Shown: positions 10,656 to 20,174 of the stretch, piece after piece | Numbering within the stretch: position 1 is the stretch's first letter | How the letters are laid out: every line of letters begins with the position of its first letter | Assembly: GCA_050331235.1 (NCBI GenBank) | Contig: JBHJHA010000017.1 | Span: 1 to 64,000, forward strand | DNA from: Leptolyngbyaceae cyanobacterium | GTDB lineage: Bacteria > Cyanobacteriota > Cyanobacteriia > Phormidesmidales > Phormidesmidaceae | DNA: 64,000 nt | Reading direction: 5' to 3' | Made by a program: the position numbers and the translations under genes | The notes under the pieces: generated by a model | Databases searched by the model: none | What the model was told of the DNA's origin: nothing | What the model saw: the letters and a program-made list of their open reading frames with translations, nothing else

Positions 10656-11729
10656 ATGACGTCCCGCCTGCCTAGACCGTTAGGGTCGGATACACTCATT
10701 GAAGCGACCTATCGCCGCACTCGGCGGCATTTGATTGGCGGTGCGATCGCCTTGGGGGGGGTCGTTCTCCTCGGTATTTTTTGGTACAAGCTGGTCGAAG
10801 GCTGGACTTGGCTCGATGCCGTTTATATGTCAGTTATCACCCTGGCCACGGTAGGCTTTGCGGAAGTGCAGCCGCTGGGTGCGCGGGGGCGGATCTTCAC
10901 CATCGTGCTGATTTTGTTGGGTGTGGTGGTGATTGGCTATATTCTGAATTCGTTTTCAGAAGCGCTCATTCAGGGTCACTTTCAAGCCGGGATTCGCCTA
11001 CGCCAGCGTCGCAGACTTATGGACTCACTGACTAATCACTATATTATTTGCGGGTTTGGGCGCACGGGCCGACAGGTCGCTGCCGAATTTTCCCTCGAGC
11101 GCATCCCGTTCGTTGTGGTGGATTCGGACGAGTTGTCAATCCAAGAGGCTCAAGATTTAGGGTTTATTACTTTTCAAGGGGATGCGACTCAGGATCAAGT
11201 GCTGCAGCGGGTGGGGGTAGAGCGCGCCAGCTGTTTGGTTGCGGCCCTTCCCTCCGATGCCGAAAATCTCTATACGGTCTTGTCGGCGAAAACCCTCGCG
11301 CCCAAAATTCGGACCATCGCCCGCGCCAGTAGCGAAGAAGCGGTGCAAAAGCTCCAGCGGGGTGGGGCAGATGTTGTCGTCTCCCCTTATATCACCGGGG
11401 GCAAGCGTATGGCGGCGGCGGCGCTCCGCCCCCAAGTCGTGGACTTTTTGGAAGGTATTTTGTCCGGCAGCGATCGCACCGTTTACGTTGAGGAGTTCTT
11501 GATTTCTGCCCAAGACTGCCCCAAGGTCAATCAAACCCTTGGTCAAGCTCAACTGCGACTCAAGTCTGGGGCGCTGATCTTAGCCATTCGTCGGGCTGAC
11601 CGCAGTTCTATTGTGGGGCCCAACGCTGACACGGTAATTTGTGCGGGCGATTTGGTCATTGGCATGGGCACCTCCGAAGAGCTACGCCGTCTCAGTCAAA
11701 TTTTGTGCCCGATCAAACGCGATCGCTAA
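10656..11729 (+). CDS. MthK/Kch-type potassium channel (2-TM pore + TrkA-N + TrkA-C RCK)
   Basis: 'DAVYMSVITLATVGF' pore; 'HYIICGFGRTG' Rossmann motif; C-terminal 'ILAIRR' TrkA-C. Start could be TTG 10641. Confidence 0.9.
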   Translation: MTSRLPRPLGSDTLIEATYRRTRRHLIGGAIALGGVVLLGIFWYKLVEGWTWLDAVYMSVITLATVGFAEVQPLGARGRIFTIVLILLGVVVIGYILNSFSEALIQGHFQAGIRLRQRRRLMDSLTNHYIICGFGRTGRQVAAEFSLERIPFVVVDSDELSIQEAQDLGFITFQGDATQDQVLQRVGVERASCLVAALPSDAENLYTVLSAKTLAPKIRTIARASSEEAVQKLQRGGADVVVSPYITGGKRMAAAALRPQVVDFLEGILSGSDRTVYVEEFLISAQDCPKVNQTLGQAQLRLKSGALILAIRRADRSSIVGPNADTVICAGDLVIGMGTSEELRRLSQILCPIKRDR

Positions 11730-11782
11730 CCAGCGCGTTCCTCGCCGAGGCCATGCTTTGCTACAAAACCTTGCCTCGGCAC

Positions 11783-12343
11783 TCACAATAGCCGCCCGTT
11801 GTCATTCCAATTGCCGTACATCTTCCCAGCCGCAGTCTTGCGTAAAAAACTGTTGAGTCGGCGAGTAAATTCTTCGGGTCGCCGCCGCATTTCTTCGATG
11901 TAGCCGATTCTGACCCGGACATAGAGATCTGGAAACTCTTCGAAGTAACGTTTGGCGTTCGTGTCCGCGGCAATGGCAGCCAAAATGTCATCCGCAATCT
12001 CAAATTCTTGTAATAGGTCAGGCAGTTTACTCCGCCCCGCATCGGTCATGAGCCCCAGTCCTATCAGCCGCCGCGATCGCGCTTTGTTCAGTTCAGTCCA
12101 ATTGCTCCGAGGGCGACGTGGGGTGAAGCGCTGGGCCTTCTCAAACTCTGAAATCCGTTTGGCGATGCTGTCTATCCAACCGAAGCAGATTGCTTCTTCT
12201 ACTGAGTCAAGATATTCAACCGTCGGTATTTCCGGACGATCATCTGCAATCAGCCAAATCTCAGGCTTTACTGCGTGATTTTCCATGAGCCATGATCGCC
12301 ACTCGGCCCGGCTTGCCACTTTGAGCTTTGAGGTTACTTCCAT
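11783..12343 (-). CDS. YdeI/OmpD-associated family protein
   Basis: 'WR.WL..NH', 'EEAICFGWIDS', 'FTPRRPRSNW..LNK.R...LI..G.MT.AG'. Confidence 0.88.
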   Translation of the reverse strand: MEVTSKLKVASRAEWRSWLMENHAVKPEIWLIADDRPEIPTVEYLDSVEEAICFGWIDSIAKRISEFEKAQRFTPRRPRSNWTELNKARSRRLIGLGLMTDAGRSKLPDLLQEFEIADDILAAIAADTNAKRYFEEFPDLYVRVRIGYIEEMRRRPEEFTRRLNSFLRKTAAGKMYGNWNDNGRLL

Positions 12344-12551
12344 CGCTGACTTACCAAAGAAATCGCATCGAGAGCAGCATGTTTGATTTTCTGTTCTTCC
12401 TTTCTCATGCCCTATCCTGCCGCGTTTTGAGCGATATTGCTGATCTTGTTTCTAGAAAAAGTTCCCACTCTTTAAAACCGATTCTGGGTGACCCGTGTAC
12501 CGATGACAGAACGTTGTTCACACTTACTCACTCATTTTCTGGAGCATCACT

Positions 12552-14528
12552 ATGAACTCTTTCTTCGTTACCCTCTTCAACCAAATCATCGACGGTTTAT
12601 TTGAAGACGCCCCCGGTATTCAAAATATTGGCGACTTTTTATTCGGTAGTTTTGGCAATGATCAGATTCAAGGTGGCGACCAAGACGACCTTATTTTCTC
12701 CGGTTCCGGCAACGATTTGATTGCAGCTGGTGCGGGCAACGACTTTATTGTTGCTGGGTCAGGGCATGACATCGTTATCGGTCAGACTGGCAGTGATGTG
12801 GCTCTCCTCGGTGCAGGCAATGACCGCTTCATCTGGAACAACGGTGACGGCAGCGACTTTATCAATGGTGGAGCTGGCTATGACACCACAGAAGTCAATG
12901 GTGCTGACGGGGCGGGCGACGAATTTGAACTGACCCAGGTAGACGGTCAGGCTATCTTCAACCGCCTCAATCTCGGACTCTTTACCCTGACCAACGAGAA
13001 GATTGAACAGTTTGAAATCAATGGTCAAGGGGGCGATGATTTCCTCACGGTGGGCGATCTGACTGGTAGCGCAGTGAAAAAGGTTGTCTTCTCCGGAGGC
13101 GAGGGAAATGACACCCTGGATGCGACAGCAAGCGCAACTGCTGTCGAGGCTAATGGCGGTAACGGCAACGATCTACTGCAGGGCGGCTCTGCTGTCGATA
13201 CCTTTGACGCGGGGGCTGGTCACGATACTGTGGTCGGTGGACGCGGCAACGACATTGCGGACCTCGGCGCCGGCGACGATCGCTTCATCTGGAACAACGG
13301 TGACGGCAGCGACTTTATCATTGGGGGAGCTGGCTATGACACCACAGAAGTCAATGGTGCTGATGGGGCGGGCGACGAATTTGAACTGACCCAGGTAGAC
13401 GGTCAGGCTATCTTCAACCGTCTCAATCTCGGACTCTTTACCTTGACTAACGAGCATATCGAGCAGTTTGAGATCAACGGTCAGGGCGGCGATGATGCCT
13501 TCACAGTCGGTGACCTTACAGGTAGCACAGTCGAAAAGGTCATCTTTTCTGGAGGAGCCGGTAACGATAGCCTCGATGCAACGCAGAGCCTGACAGCTAT
13601 TGAAGCTAGCGGCGGCGATGGTGATGACTTACTCAAAGGGGGAGCCGCGATCGACACCTTTGATGCTGGCTCCGGCAACGATATCGTGGTCGGTGGACGC
13701 GGCAACGACATCGCGGACCTCGGTGCAGGCAATGACCGCTTCATCTGGAACAACGGTGACGGCAGCGACTTTATCAACGGTGGAGCTGGTTTCGACGTCA
13801 CCCAAGTCAATGGTGCTGACGGTGCCGGCGACGAATTTGAACTGACCCAGGTAGACGGTCAGGCTATCTTCAACCGTCTCAATCTCGGACTCTTTACCCT
13901 GACCAATGAGCATGTCGAGCAGTTTGAGATCAATGGTCAGGGCGGCGATGATGCCTTCACAGTCGGTGACCTCACAGGCAGCACGGTGGAACAGGTGGTC
14001 TTTGCTGGCGGTGAGGGCAACGATTTCCTTGATGCCAGCGGTACATCCACACCGATTGTTGCGGATGGCGGCGACGGTGATGACATCCTGATCGGCGGCG
14101 ACGGTGATGACATTCTGATCGGCGGCAGTGGCAGCGATCTGCTGATCGGGGGCGCGGGCAACGACATTCTCATCGGTGGTGATGGCGCTGACCTGTTTGC
14201 TTTTGCTGTGGGTATTCCGCCGGCAGAGCAGGGCAATACCGTCATCCAAAACTTTGGGGCTGAGGATAGCATTTTGCTGGAGTCCAACATCTTTGCGGCT
14301 TTGACAGAGACGATGGATGGGTCCCTATCTGCGAACGAGTTTGCGATGGTCAACAGTGCTGAGGAGGCGGCTCTCAGCGAAGCTATCATCGCCTACAGTG
14401 CTGCGACTGGAGCCCTCTACTACAACCCTAATGGCATCGAAGAGGGCTTTGGTAATGGCGCGCAGATTGCCACTATCGAAGGTGCGCCGGCGCTGAGTGC
14501 CGATAGCTTTACAACCTTCCAAGTCTAA
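12552..14528 (+). CDS. RTX (hemolysin-type Ca-binding) repeat protein, probable type I secretion substrate
   Basis: Many GGxGxDxL nonapeptides; C-terminal 'TGALYYN.NG...GFG.G.QIA' tail typical of cyanobacterial RTX proteins. Confidence 0.9.
   Translation: MNSFFVTLFNQIIDGLFEDAPGIQNIGDFLFGSFGNDQIQGGDQDDLIFSGSGNDLIAAGAGNDFIVAGSGHDIVIGQTGSDVALLGAGNDRFIWNNGDGSDFINGGAGYDTTEVNGADGAGDEFELTQVDGQAIFNRLNLGLFTLTNEKIEQFEINGQGGDDFLTVGDLTGSAVKKVVFSGGEGNDTLDATASATAVEANGGNGNDLLQGGSAVDTFDAGAGHDTVVGGRGNDIADLGAGDDRFIWNNGDGSDFIIGGAGYDTTEVNGADGAGDEFELTQVDGQAIFNRLNLGLFTLTNEHIEQFEINGQGGDDAFTVGDLTGSTVEKVIFSGGAGNDSLDATQSLTAIEASGGDGDDLLKGGAAIDTFDAGSGNDIVVGGRGNDIADLGAGNDRFIWNNGDGSDFINGGAGFDVTQVNGADGAGDEFELTQVDGQAIFNRLNLGLFTLTNEHVEQFEINGQGGDDAFTVGDLTGSTVEQVVFAGGEGNDFLDASGTSTPIVADGGDGDDILIGGDGDDILIGGSGSDLLIGGAGNDILIGGDGADLFAFAVGIPPAEQGNTVIQNFGAEDSILLESNIFAALTETMDGSLSANEFAMVNSAEEAALSEAIIAYSAATGALYYNPNGIEEGFGNGAQIATIEGAPALSADSFTTFQV
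12800..14030 (+). repeat. Three tandem 456-nt (152-aa) repeats in the RTX gene, the third partial
   Basis: 'atctggaacaacggtgacggcagcgacttt' at 12831, 13287 and 13743. Confidence 0.92.
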
Positions 14529-14552
14529 GAGGACTGGGGCTATCACAATGGG

Positions 14553-14586
14553 CTGGGGGGTGTCTACGCGAAGCCCCCCAGTTTTT
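14553..14586 (+). terminator. Intrinsic terminator after the RTX gene
   Basis: ctggggg...cccccag stem followed by TTTTT. Confidence 0.65.
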
Positions 14587-14683
14587 AGCCATCCCTCTGC
14601 TGTGAATTGTCACTGCTGTATCAGCATAGTAATCTCAGTTGTGCGCTTCTTTAGCCCCCGCTATTTGTTACCCACCATGAGTC

Positions 14684-15265
14684 ATGGCTCGTTTTTCTGA
14701 CACAACTGCTGATGCTGAGTTAATTGAGCATCTGAGAGCTGGCTATCAAGATGCCCTCAGGCTGCTGTATCAACGCTACAGTGGCCTCGTCTACACTACC
14801 GCCCTCAAAATGTTGAGTCGTCCTAGCGAGGCGGAGGACTTGACCCAAGAGGTCTTTCTAACCTTTTGGAAGCAAGAAAAATTTGACCCTACCCGAGCGG
14901 CGCTAGGTACTTACCTATGTGTGTTGACTCGGAGCCGAGCGCTGAATCGCATCCGAAGTCGCGGCAGCCAGCAACGATCGCTCGAACAGCTCCAAGCTAT
15001 TCCCCCACCTGAGCTCATGGCTTCGACCCCTCTGGAAAAGGCGTCTTTACAGGAGCAGCAGCAGACCCTCAAACAAGCCCTCGCAGAGCTACCAGAGCGG
15101 CAACGACAAATTTTAGAAATGAATTTTTATCAGGGCGTCAGCCAATCTAATATCGCTCAACAGCTGGATTTACCATTGGGTACAGTAAAGACAAACGCCC
15201 GCCAGGGACTTATTAGCCTGCGAAGACTGTTGGGGAGCGCAGTCGAAGGAGTGGAAGGAGTATGA
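14684..15265 (+). CDS. ECF (group 4) sigma factor, SigK-like
   Basis: Region 2 'AEDLTQEVFL..W....FDP.R'; region 4 'LPERQRQ...YQG.SQ..IA..L.LPLGTVKT'. Confidence 0.92.
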   Translation: MARFSDTTADAELIEHLRAGYQDALRLLYQRYSGLVYTTALKMLSRPSEAEDLTQEVFLTFWKQEKFDPTRAALGTYLCVLTRSRALNRIRSRGSQQRSLEQLQAIPPPELMASTPLEKASLQEQQQTLKQALAELPERQRQILEMNFYQGVSQSNIAQQLDLPLGTVKTNARQGLISLRRLLGSAVEGVEGV

Positions 15266-16020
15266 CACAGTCACTATCAAACGAGGAACAGGCCCTTGTG
15301 GCCGGGTATGTCTTGGGAGATCTAACCCCTGAAGAAGAAGCTCAAGTCGCGCAACTGCTGACCACGAATGCCGCCATGCAAAAAGAGATCGAGGCACTGC
15401 AAGTCAGCCTGGATTTGATACCCCACGGCTTAGATCCGATGATGCCCCCTGCCGGTTTAGAAGACAAGCTGATGCGGGCTTATGAGGCTAGTGAGGCTGG
15501 TGAAGCCGGTCAAGTGGCCCAGCGCCCAGGCGTCCAGACTGCCCGTTCACGGTCTTGGAGCAAAATTATTGCGGCTTTGTCTATACCGGCGTTGCTATTG
15601 CTAGCGTTGGACAACGTGCGACTCCGACGACAGTTTAGCTTTGCCCAGGGCGATCGCCCCGCCGAAGTTGCCGCCATTTTGCAGCAGCCTCAAAGCCGGC
15701 TTGTGGCCCTTCAAGGCGATGACTCGGCTGGCACACTGCTGTTTACTCCAGGGCAATGGGAGCAAGTTGTTGTCTCTATTGCGGACCTGCCGCCGTTGCC
15801 GCCTGAGCAGGTATATCGCATGTGGCTGTCCCTCGATAATGGTCAACCTTTTCTCTGTGGTGAGTTCACCACTGACGAGCAAGGTTCTGTATTCATCACC
15901 CTCAACCCGCCCGCAAACATCCCAGACGGTGTCAAGGCCCAAGGCGTTTTTGTTACTCAAGCAGCCGCGTCAGATCCGCTGGAACCGACTGGAGAGCCTC
16001 TCATCGTAGGTGAGATTTAG
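15262..16020 (+). CDS. RskA-type anti-sigma factor
   Basis: ATGA overlap with the sigma gene; 'AGYVLGDL..EE', one TM segment, periplasmic 'LPPLP.EQVY.MW' and 'EPTG'. Confidence 0.9.
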   Translation: MTQSLSNEEQALVAGYVLGDLTPEEEAQVAQLLTTNAAMQKEIEALQVSLDLIPHGLDPMMPPAGLEDKLMRAYEASEAGEAGQVAQRPGVQTARSRSWSKIIAALSIPALLLLALDNVRLRRQFSFAQGDRPAEVAAILQQPQSRLVALQGDDSAGTLLFTPGQWEQVVVSIADLPPLPPEQVYRMWLSLDNGQPFLCGEFTTDEQGSVFITLNPPANIPDGVKAQGVFVTQAAASDPLEPTGEPLIVGEI

Positions 16021-16132
16021 GCTTACCTCAAACGACGCTGTGAATAACGGCTCACATCAGTAGCAATGGGCCGAGTCAACTTCGCATCCCGTGCGCAGAC
16101 ATGCTCGGACATGGTTCCATCGCCTTTGATGT

Positions 16133-16696
16133 TTACCCGGCATAGACTGGCTCGAGTAGCGACTCCGTGGTGACAACGGTGGCAAATTCGCCATGGAGAC
16201 TGGCTAAGGAGATGTTATGTACCTGGTCCGCAGGGTACCAAGTCCCGTCTGGACCGGCTCGGTCAAAGGTGGCGGTAGCGTCAGCAACGGCGAAAGTGCT
16301 AAAGCCAAGGTTCCCGGCCATGCGGACCGTCGTCGAAACGCAGTGATTTGTCGTGAGGCCGACCACAACCAGTTAATTGAGCGATCGCCTGTGCAGATAG
16401 GTTTCTAGATTCGTCCCGATAAACGCGCTATTGACGGTTTTTTTGAAAACGGGTTCACTGGCTTGCGGCCGAACGATATCTTTGAAAGCACAGCCGGGTT
16501 GATCAGGTCTGAGCGGCGACTCTGGATTGGTTGAGCAGTGCTGAATGTGTAGAATCGGTCGGCTAGCGACACGCCAGTGCTCGATGAGTCGTCCAATATT
16601 GGTCTCCGCCTCCGGGTTATTTCTGGATCCCCATTGCGGGTCATCAAATCCTTTTTGAACATCGATCACCAATAGTGCAGCATTCTCAATCGCCAT
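16133..16696 (-). pseudogene. Isochorismatase-family cysteine hydrolase interrupted by an in-frame TAA at 16373-16375
   Basis: 'ALLVIDVQKGF', 'KTVNSAFIGT.L', then aat-TAA-ctg-gtt-gtg in the same frame continuing into 'GLTTNHCVSTTVR' and 'DATATF'. Confidence 0.85.
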
Positions 16697-16921
16697 AGTG
16701 GTTTCCGATATGATTGTCATCAGCAACTCAGCTTGAGAGCAACGGGTTAGCAGGGACGACTCTTTTGAGCAAGTGCCGCTGAGCTCCTCTATCTTAGGCG
16801 GAGCTGGGGCGGAGAGGCATCGCCCTTGGCGAGGTCTGCATGGGGCAATCTCGCTTAGGCTAAAATCCTAGATGTTCTTGAAAGGAGCGTTACCCCTTGC
16901 GCCGCTCTTCTTTGCCAGCCC

Positions 16922-19456
16922 ATGAGTGACGTGTCCCCAAATTCCCCCAAGCCAGACTGGAGCCGGTTACAGCGGGCCTTAATGGTTGAGGCAGAGCGCG
17001 GCTTCAACGATTTGGAGGGACATCGGCAACGGTTTAGTGAGTTTTTGCAGGGGGAGCTGTCGTCGCCACCGGAGCCGCTATCCGATAATCAGCAAGGCGT
17101 TTGGCGATCGCTCGCAGCAGATTATGGGCGCTATAGCGAAATGGGCTTTGCGGCGCGGCAGCATTTGGTTGCAGAAACCCGCAAGACCATCTATGAAACT
17201 CAAAAGACTTTAGATAAGCCCAAGGCTGCGGCGAAGAACCTGCCGCAAACCCTACCAAAGAAGGTGGCTCAGCCCTCAGCACCTGCTCAGCGTCACTCCT
17301 CGAAGCGGCGATCGCCCACCGCTACTGCGGCAACGCCTCCCCAAGGCAAGTTGCCCGCCCTCGAGCAATCTGTGACCTACCTCAAAGGAGTGGGCCCCAA
17401 AAATGCCGAGCGCTTAGCAAAGCTTGGTATCTGGACCACCTTGGACCTGCTGCATTACTACCCCCGCGATTACATCAACTATGCGCAGCAGGTGTCGATT
17501 CGCGAGCTACAACCAGGGGAAACCGTAACCCTCGTGGGCACAGTGGCGCGATCAAGTTGCTTTAGTAGTCCGAAGAATCCCAACCTCACCATTCAAGAAC
17601 TGGTGCTAAAGGATCCCACGGGACAGATTCGCATTACCAAGTTTTGGCCCGGCAAACGGTTTCGATCGCCTGCCTGGCAACAGGGGCAAAAACGAAAATA
17701 TCCCCAAGGCGCTGTCGTGGCGGCATCGGGCTTAGTGAAACAGAACAAGTACGGCATCACCCTAGAAAGTCCTGACTTAGAAGTACTGGATGGGCCCGAT
17801 GGCGATCCGGAGTCTTTGACGGTAGGCCGGATTGTGCCGGTTTATCCCCTGACAGAAGGAGTTGGAGCTGCCTTAGTCAGGCGCGCGATCGCCGCCGCCA
17901 TTCCCACGGCTATTGAGCTTCAGGATCCTTTGCCACCGACTATTTGTCGAGAGTTTGGGCTGGTGCCCTTGCCAGTGGCGATCGCCCATATTCATTTTCC
18001 TAAGGACGAGGTAGCACTGCAGGAAGCTCGGCATCGGTTGGTTTTCGATGAGTTTTTCTACCTGCAATTGGGGCTTTTGCGCCGGCGACAGGACCGTCGG
18101 CAACAGGCCACATCAGTGATCTTGCCGCCGACGGGGGCGCTCATCGATCAGTTCTACAACAATCTACCCTTTGCCTTTACCGGTGCTCAGCAGCGGGTTG
18201 TTAACGAAATTTTGACGGATATTCAGCAGCCCACACCTATGAATCGACTCGTCCAAGGAGATGTCGGCTCCGGTATATCCGTGGTGGCGGTGGTGGCGAT
18301 TTTGGCGGCGATTCAAGCGGGCTATCAAGCCGCTTTGATGGCTCCAACGGAGGTGCTGGCCGAGCAGCACTACCGTAAGCTGGTGAACTGGTTCAACGCG
18401 CTCGGTTTGCCCGTGGAGCTGTTGACTGGCTCGACCCGCACTGCTAAGCGTCGCCAGATTCACAGTGAGCTCGTGACGGGAGAACTGCCGCTGCTGGTGG
18501 GCACCCACGCCCTCATTGAAGATCCCGTCCAGTTTCAGCGGTTAGGACTGGTGACGATCGATGAACAGCATCGATTTGGGGTGCAGCAGCGAGCGCGTCT
18601 CCAGCGCAAGGGCGATAATCCCCATGTGCTGACGCTGACGGCAACGCCCATTCCCCGAACGTTGGCGCTGACGCTGCATGGCGATTTAGACGTGAGCCAG
18701 ATCGATGAACTTCCCCCCGGTCGCAAGGCAATCAAAACAACTCTACTTCGGGGGCGCGATCGCACCCATGCCTATGACCTGATCCGTCGGGAAATTGCCC
18801 AAGGTCGCCAAATTTACATCGTGCTGCCCTTGGTGGAAGAGTCGGAAAAATTGGACCTCCGATCTGCGATCGATGAGCATCAGCGTCTACAAGACGTGAT
18901 CTTTCCAGAATTTAAGGTGGGGCTTTTACACGGCCGACTGTCCTCAGGGGACAAAGATGCTGCGATTAGCCAGTTTCGTGATGGCGAGACGCAGATTTTG
19001 GTTTCCACCACTGTCGTTGAGGTCGGGGTAGACGTGCCCAACGCCACCGTTATGTTGATCGAACATGCTGAGCGGTTTGGGCTGTCCCAGCTCCATCAGC
19101 TTCGGGGCCGGGTTGGGCGGGGGGCAGCCCAGTCCTTTTGTCTGCTGATGAGCAGCACTCGCAATGATTTGGCGCTACAGCGGCTCAAGGTACTGGAAGA
19201 GTCCCAAGATGGCTTCTTTATCTCAGAAATGGATATGCGCTTTCGTGGCCCCGGAGAAGTCTTGGGTACCCGACAGTCCGGCCTCCCTGACTTTGCCCTG
19301 GCTAGTCTCGTAGCCGATCAAGATGCGCTTTCACTAGCGCGTAAAGCGGCAGAGTCTTTGATTGACACTGACCCGGAGCTCACGCAACTGCCAATGCTGC
19401 GCAAAGAGCTTCAGCGGCGTTACGAAAAGCTCATGGGTGGCGCGATTTTGACGTAA
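16922..19456 (+). CDS. recG: ATP-dependent DNA helicase RecG with an aberrant Walker A (GDVGSGIS)
   Basis: 'MAPTEVLAEQH', 'DEQHRFG', 'TATPIPRTL', 'QLHQLRGRVGRG', 'RGPGE..GTRQSG'. Confidence 0.95.
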   Translation: MSDVSPNSPKPDWSRLQRALMVEAERGFNDLEGHRQRFSEFLQGELSSPPEPLSDNQQGVWRSLAADYGRYSEMGFAARQHLVAETRKTIYETQKTLDKPKAAAKNLPQTLPKKVAQPSAPAQRHSSKRRSPTATAATPPQGKLPALEQSVTYLKGVGPKNAERLAKLGIWTTLDLLHYYPRDYINYAQQVSIRELQPGETVTLVGTVARSSCFSSPKNPNLTIQELVLKDPTGQIRITKFWPGKRFRSPAWQQGQKRKYPQGAVVAASGLVKQNKYGITLESPDLEVLDGPDGDPESLTVGRIVPVYPLTEGVGAALVRRAIAAAIPTAIELQDPLPPTICREFGLVPLPVAIAHIHFPKDEVALQEARHRLVFDEFFYLQLGLLRRRQDRRQQATSVILPPTGALIDQFYNNLPFAFTGAQQRVVNEILTDIQQPTPMNRLVQGDVGSGISVVAVVAILAAIQAGYQAALMAPTEVLAEQHYRKLVNWFNALGLPVELLTGSTRTAKRRQIHSELVTGELPLLVGTHALIEDPVQFQRLGLVTIDEQHRFGVQQRARLQRKGDNPHVLTLTATPIPRTLALTLHGDLDVSQIDELPPGRKAIKTTLLRGRDRTHAYDLIRREIAQGRQIYIVLPLVEESEKLDLRSAIDEHQRLQDVIFPEFKVGLLHGRLSSGDKDAAISQFRDGETQILVSTTVVEVGVDVPNATVMLIEHAERFGLSQLHQLRGRVGRGAAQSFCLLMSSTRNDLALQRLKVLEESQDGFFISEMDMRFRGPGEVLGTRQSGLPDFALASLVADQDALSLARKAAESLIDTDPELTQLPMLRKELQRRYEKLMGGAILT

Positions 19457-19506
19457 AGCCGAAGTTCATCACTGGACAATCGCTCATCAACTGTTCATTG
19501 AGTCGC

Positions 19507-19700
19507 CTACTGAGCGATCTCAATATAGTGATCAGGCTCCTCAACCCGCTGAAACCATGGCTGGATGGCGGCACAGGACTGCAAATCAAAGCCGCCTTCG
19601 GAGGCGACGTGGGTGTAGGCAAGAGGGCAATATCGGTAATGGAGTAGGCGATCGCCCGCAAAGAATTCATAGTCGGATAAATGCTGCTCCATCGCCAGCT
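19507..19700 (-). pseudogene. Glutathione S-transferase C-terminal remnant with two compensating indels
   Basis: Corrected reading is MEQHLSDYEFFAGDR/YSITDIAL(F)/AYTHVASEGGFDL...IQPWFQRV. No N-terminal GST domain upstream. Confidence 0.75.
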
Positions 19701-19751
19701 GCCGCGACAAAATTTGGTCTAAGGCAGTGAATGTGTTTTTCCGCAGTATCT

Positions 19752-20174
19752 TTACTGCACTGCTGGTAACTGCTGAGTTAGAACTCGCCACAGTTTGGTC
19801 AAGATGGGGTCATCTTGGCGCTGGGCCAGCATCGTTTCAATCGATTCAACAAATGCCCAATCAACGGCAGCTCCATCGCGAATAGCCTTACTGGCGGCAT
19901 AGTAGCCTACCGGTGGCGGCACATCGAGCTCTTCCGTTTCGCCCGTTTGGAGAGTGCCAGTCGATTTCCAGGAGAGCACCTTGCCTCGCAGGGTCAATTG
20001 AAACCACGATAGTTCCCCATCTAGCATCTCAATATTGATGTCGAAATAGGTCTCATCCCCTTGATACCAGAGGCGCTGATATTGCTCATGGCCTGCTACA
20101 GGCTTCATCAAATCAACATCAATTGGGCGCAGAGATCTGCCTAAGGTCGTAAGTTCAGATGGGGCCAGTCTCAT
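19752..20174 (-). CDS. Conserved-looking cyanobacterial hypothetical protein
   Basis: 140-aa ATG ORF with 'RLWYQG.E.YFD' and 'WFQLTLRGK..SW....LQTGET'. Confidence 0.7.
   Translation of the reverse strand: MRLAPSELTTLGRSLRPIDVDLMKPVAGHEQYQRLWYQGDETYFDINIEMLDGELSWFQLTLRGKVLSWKSTGTLQTGETEELDVPPPVGYYAASKAIRDGAAVDWAFVESIETMLAQRQDDPILTKLWRVLTQQLPAVQ

Noticed and set aside
14040..14200. Short periodic 27-nt repeats resembling a CRISPR array
   Set aside because: They are in-frame RTX nonapeptide codons with no unique spacers, and there are no cas genes.
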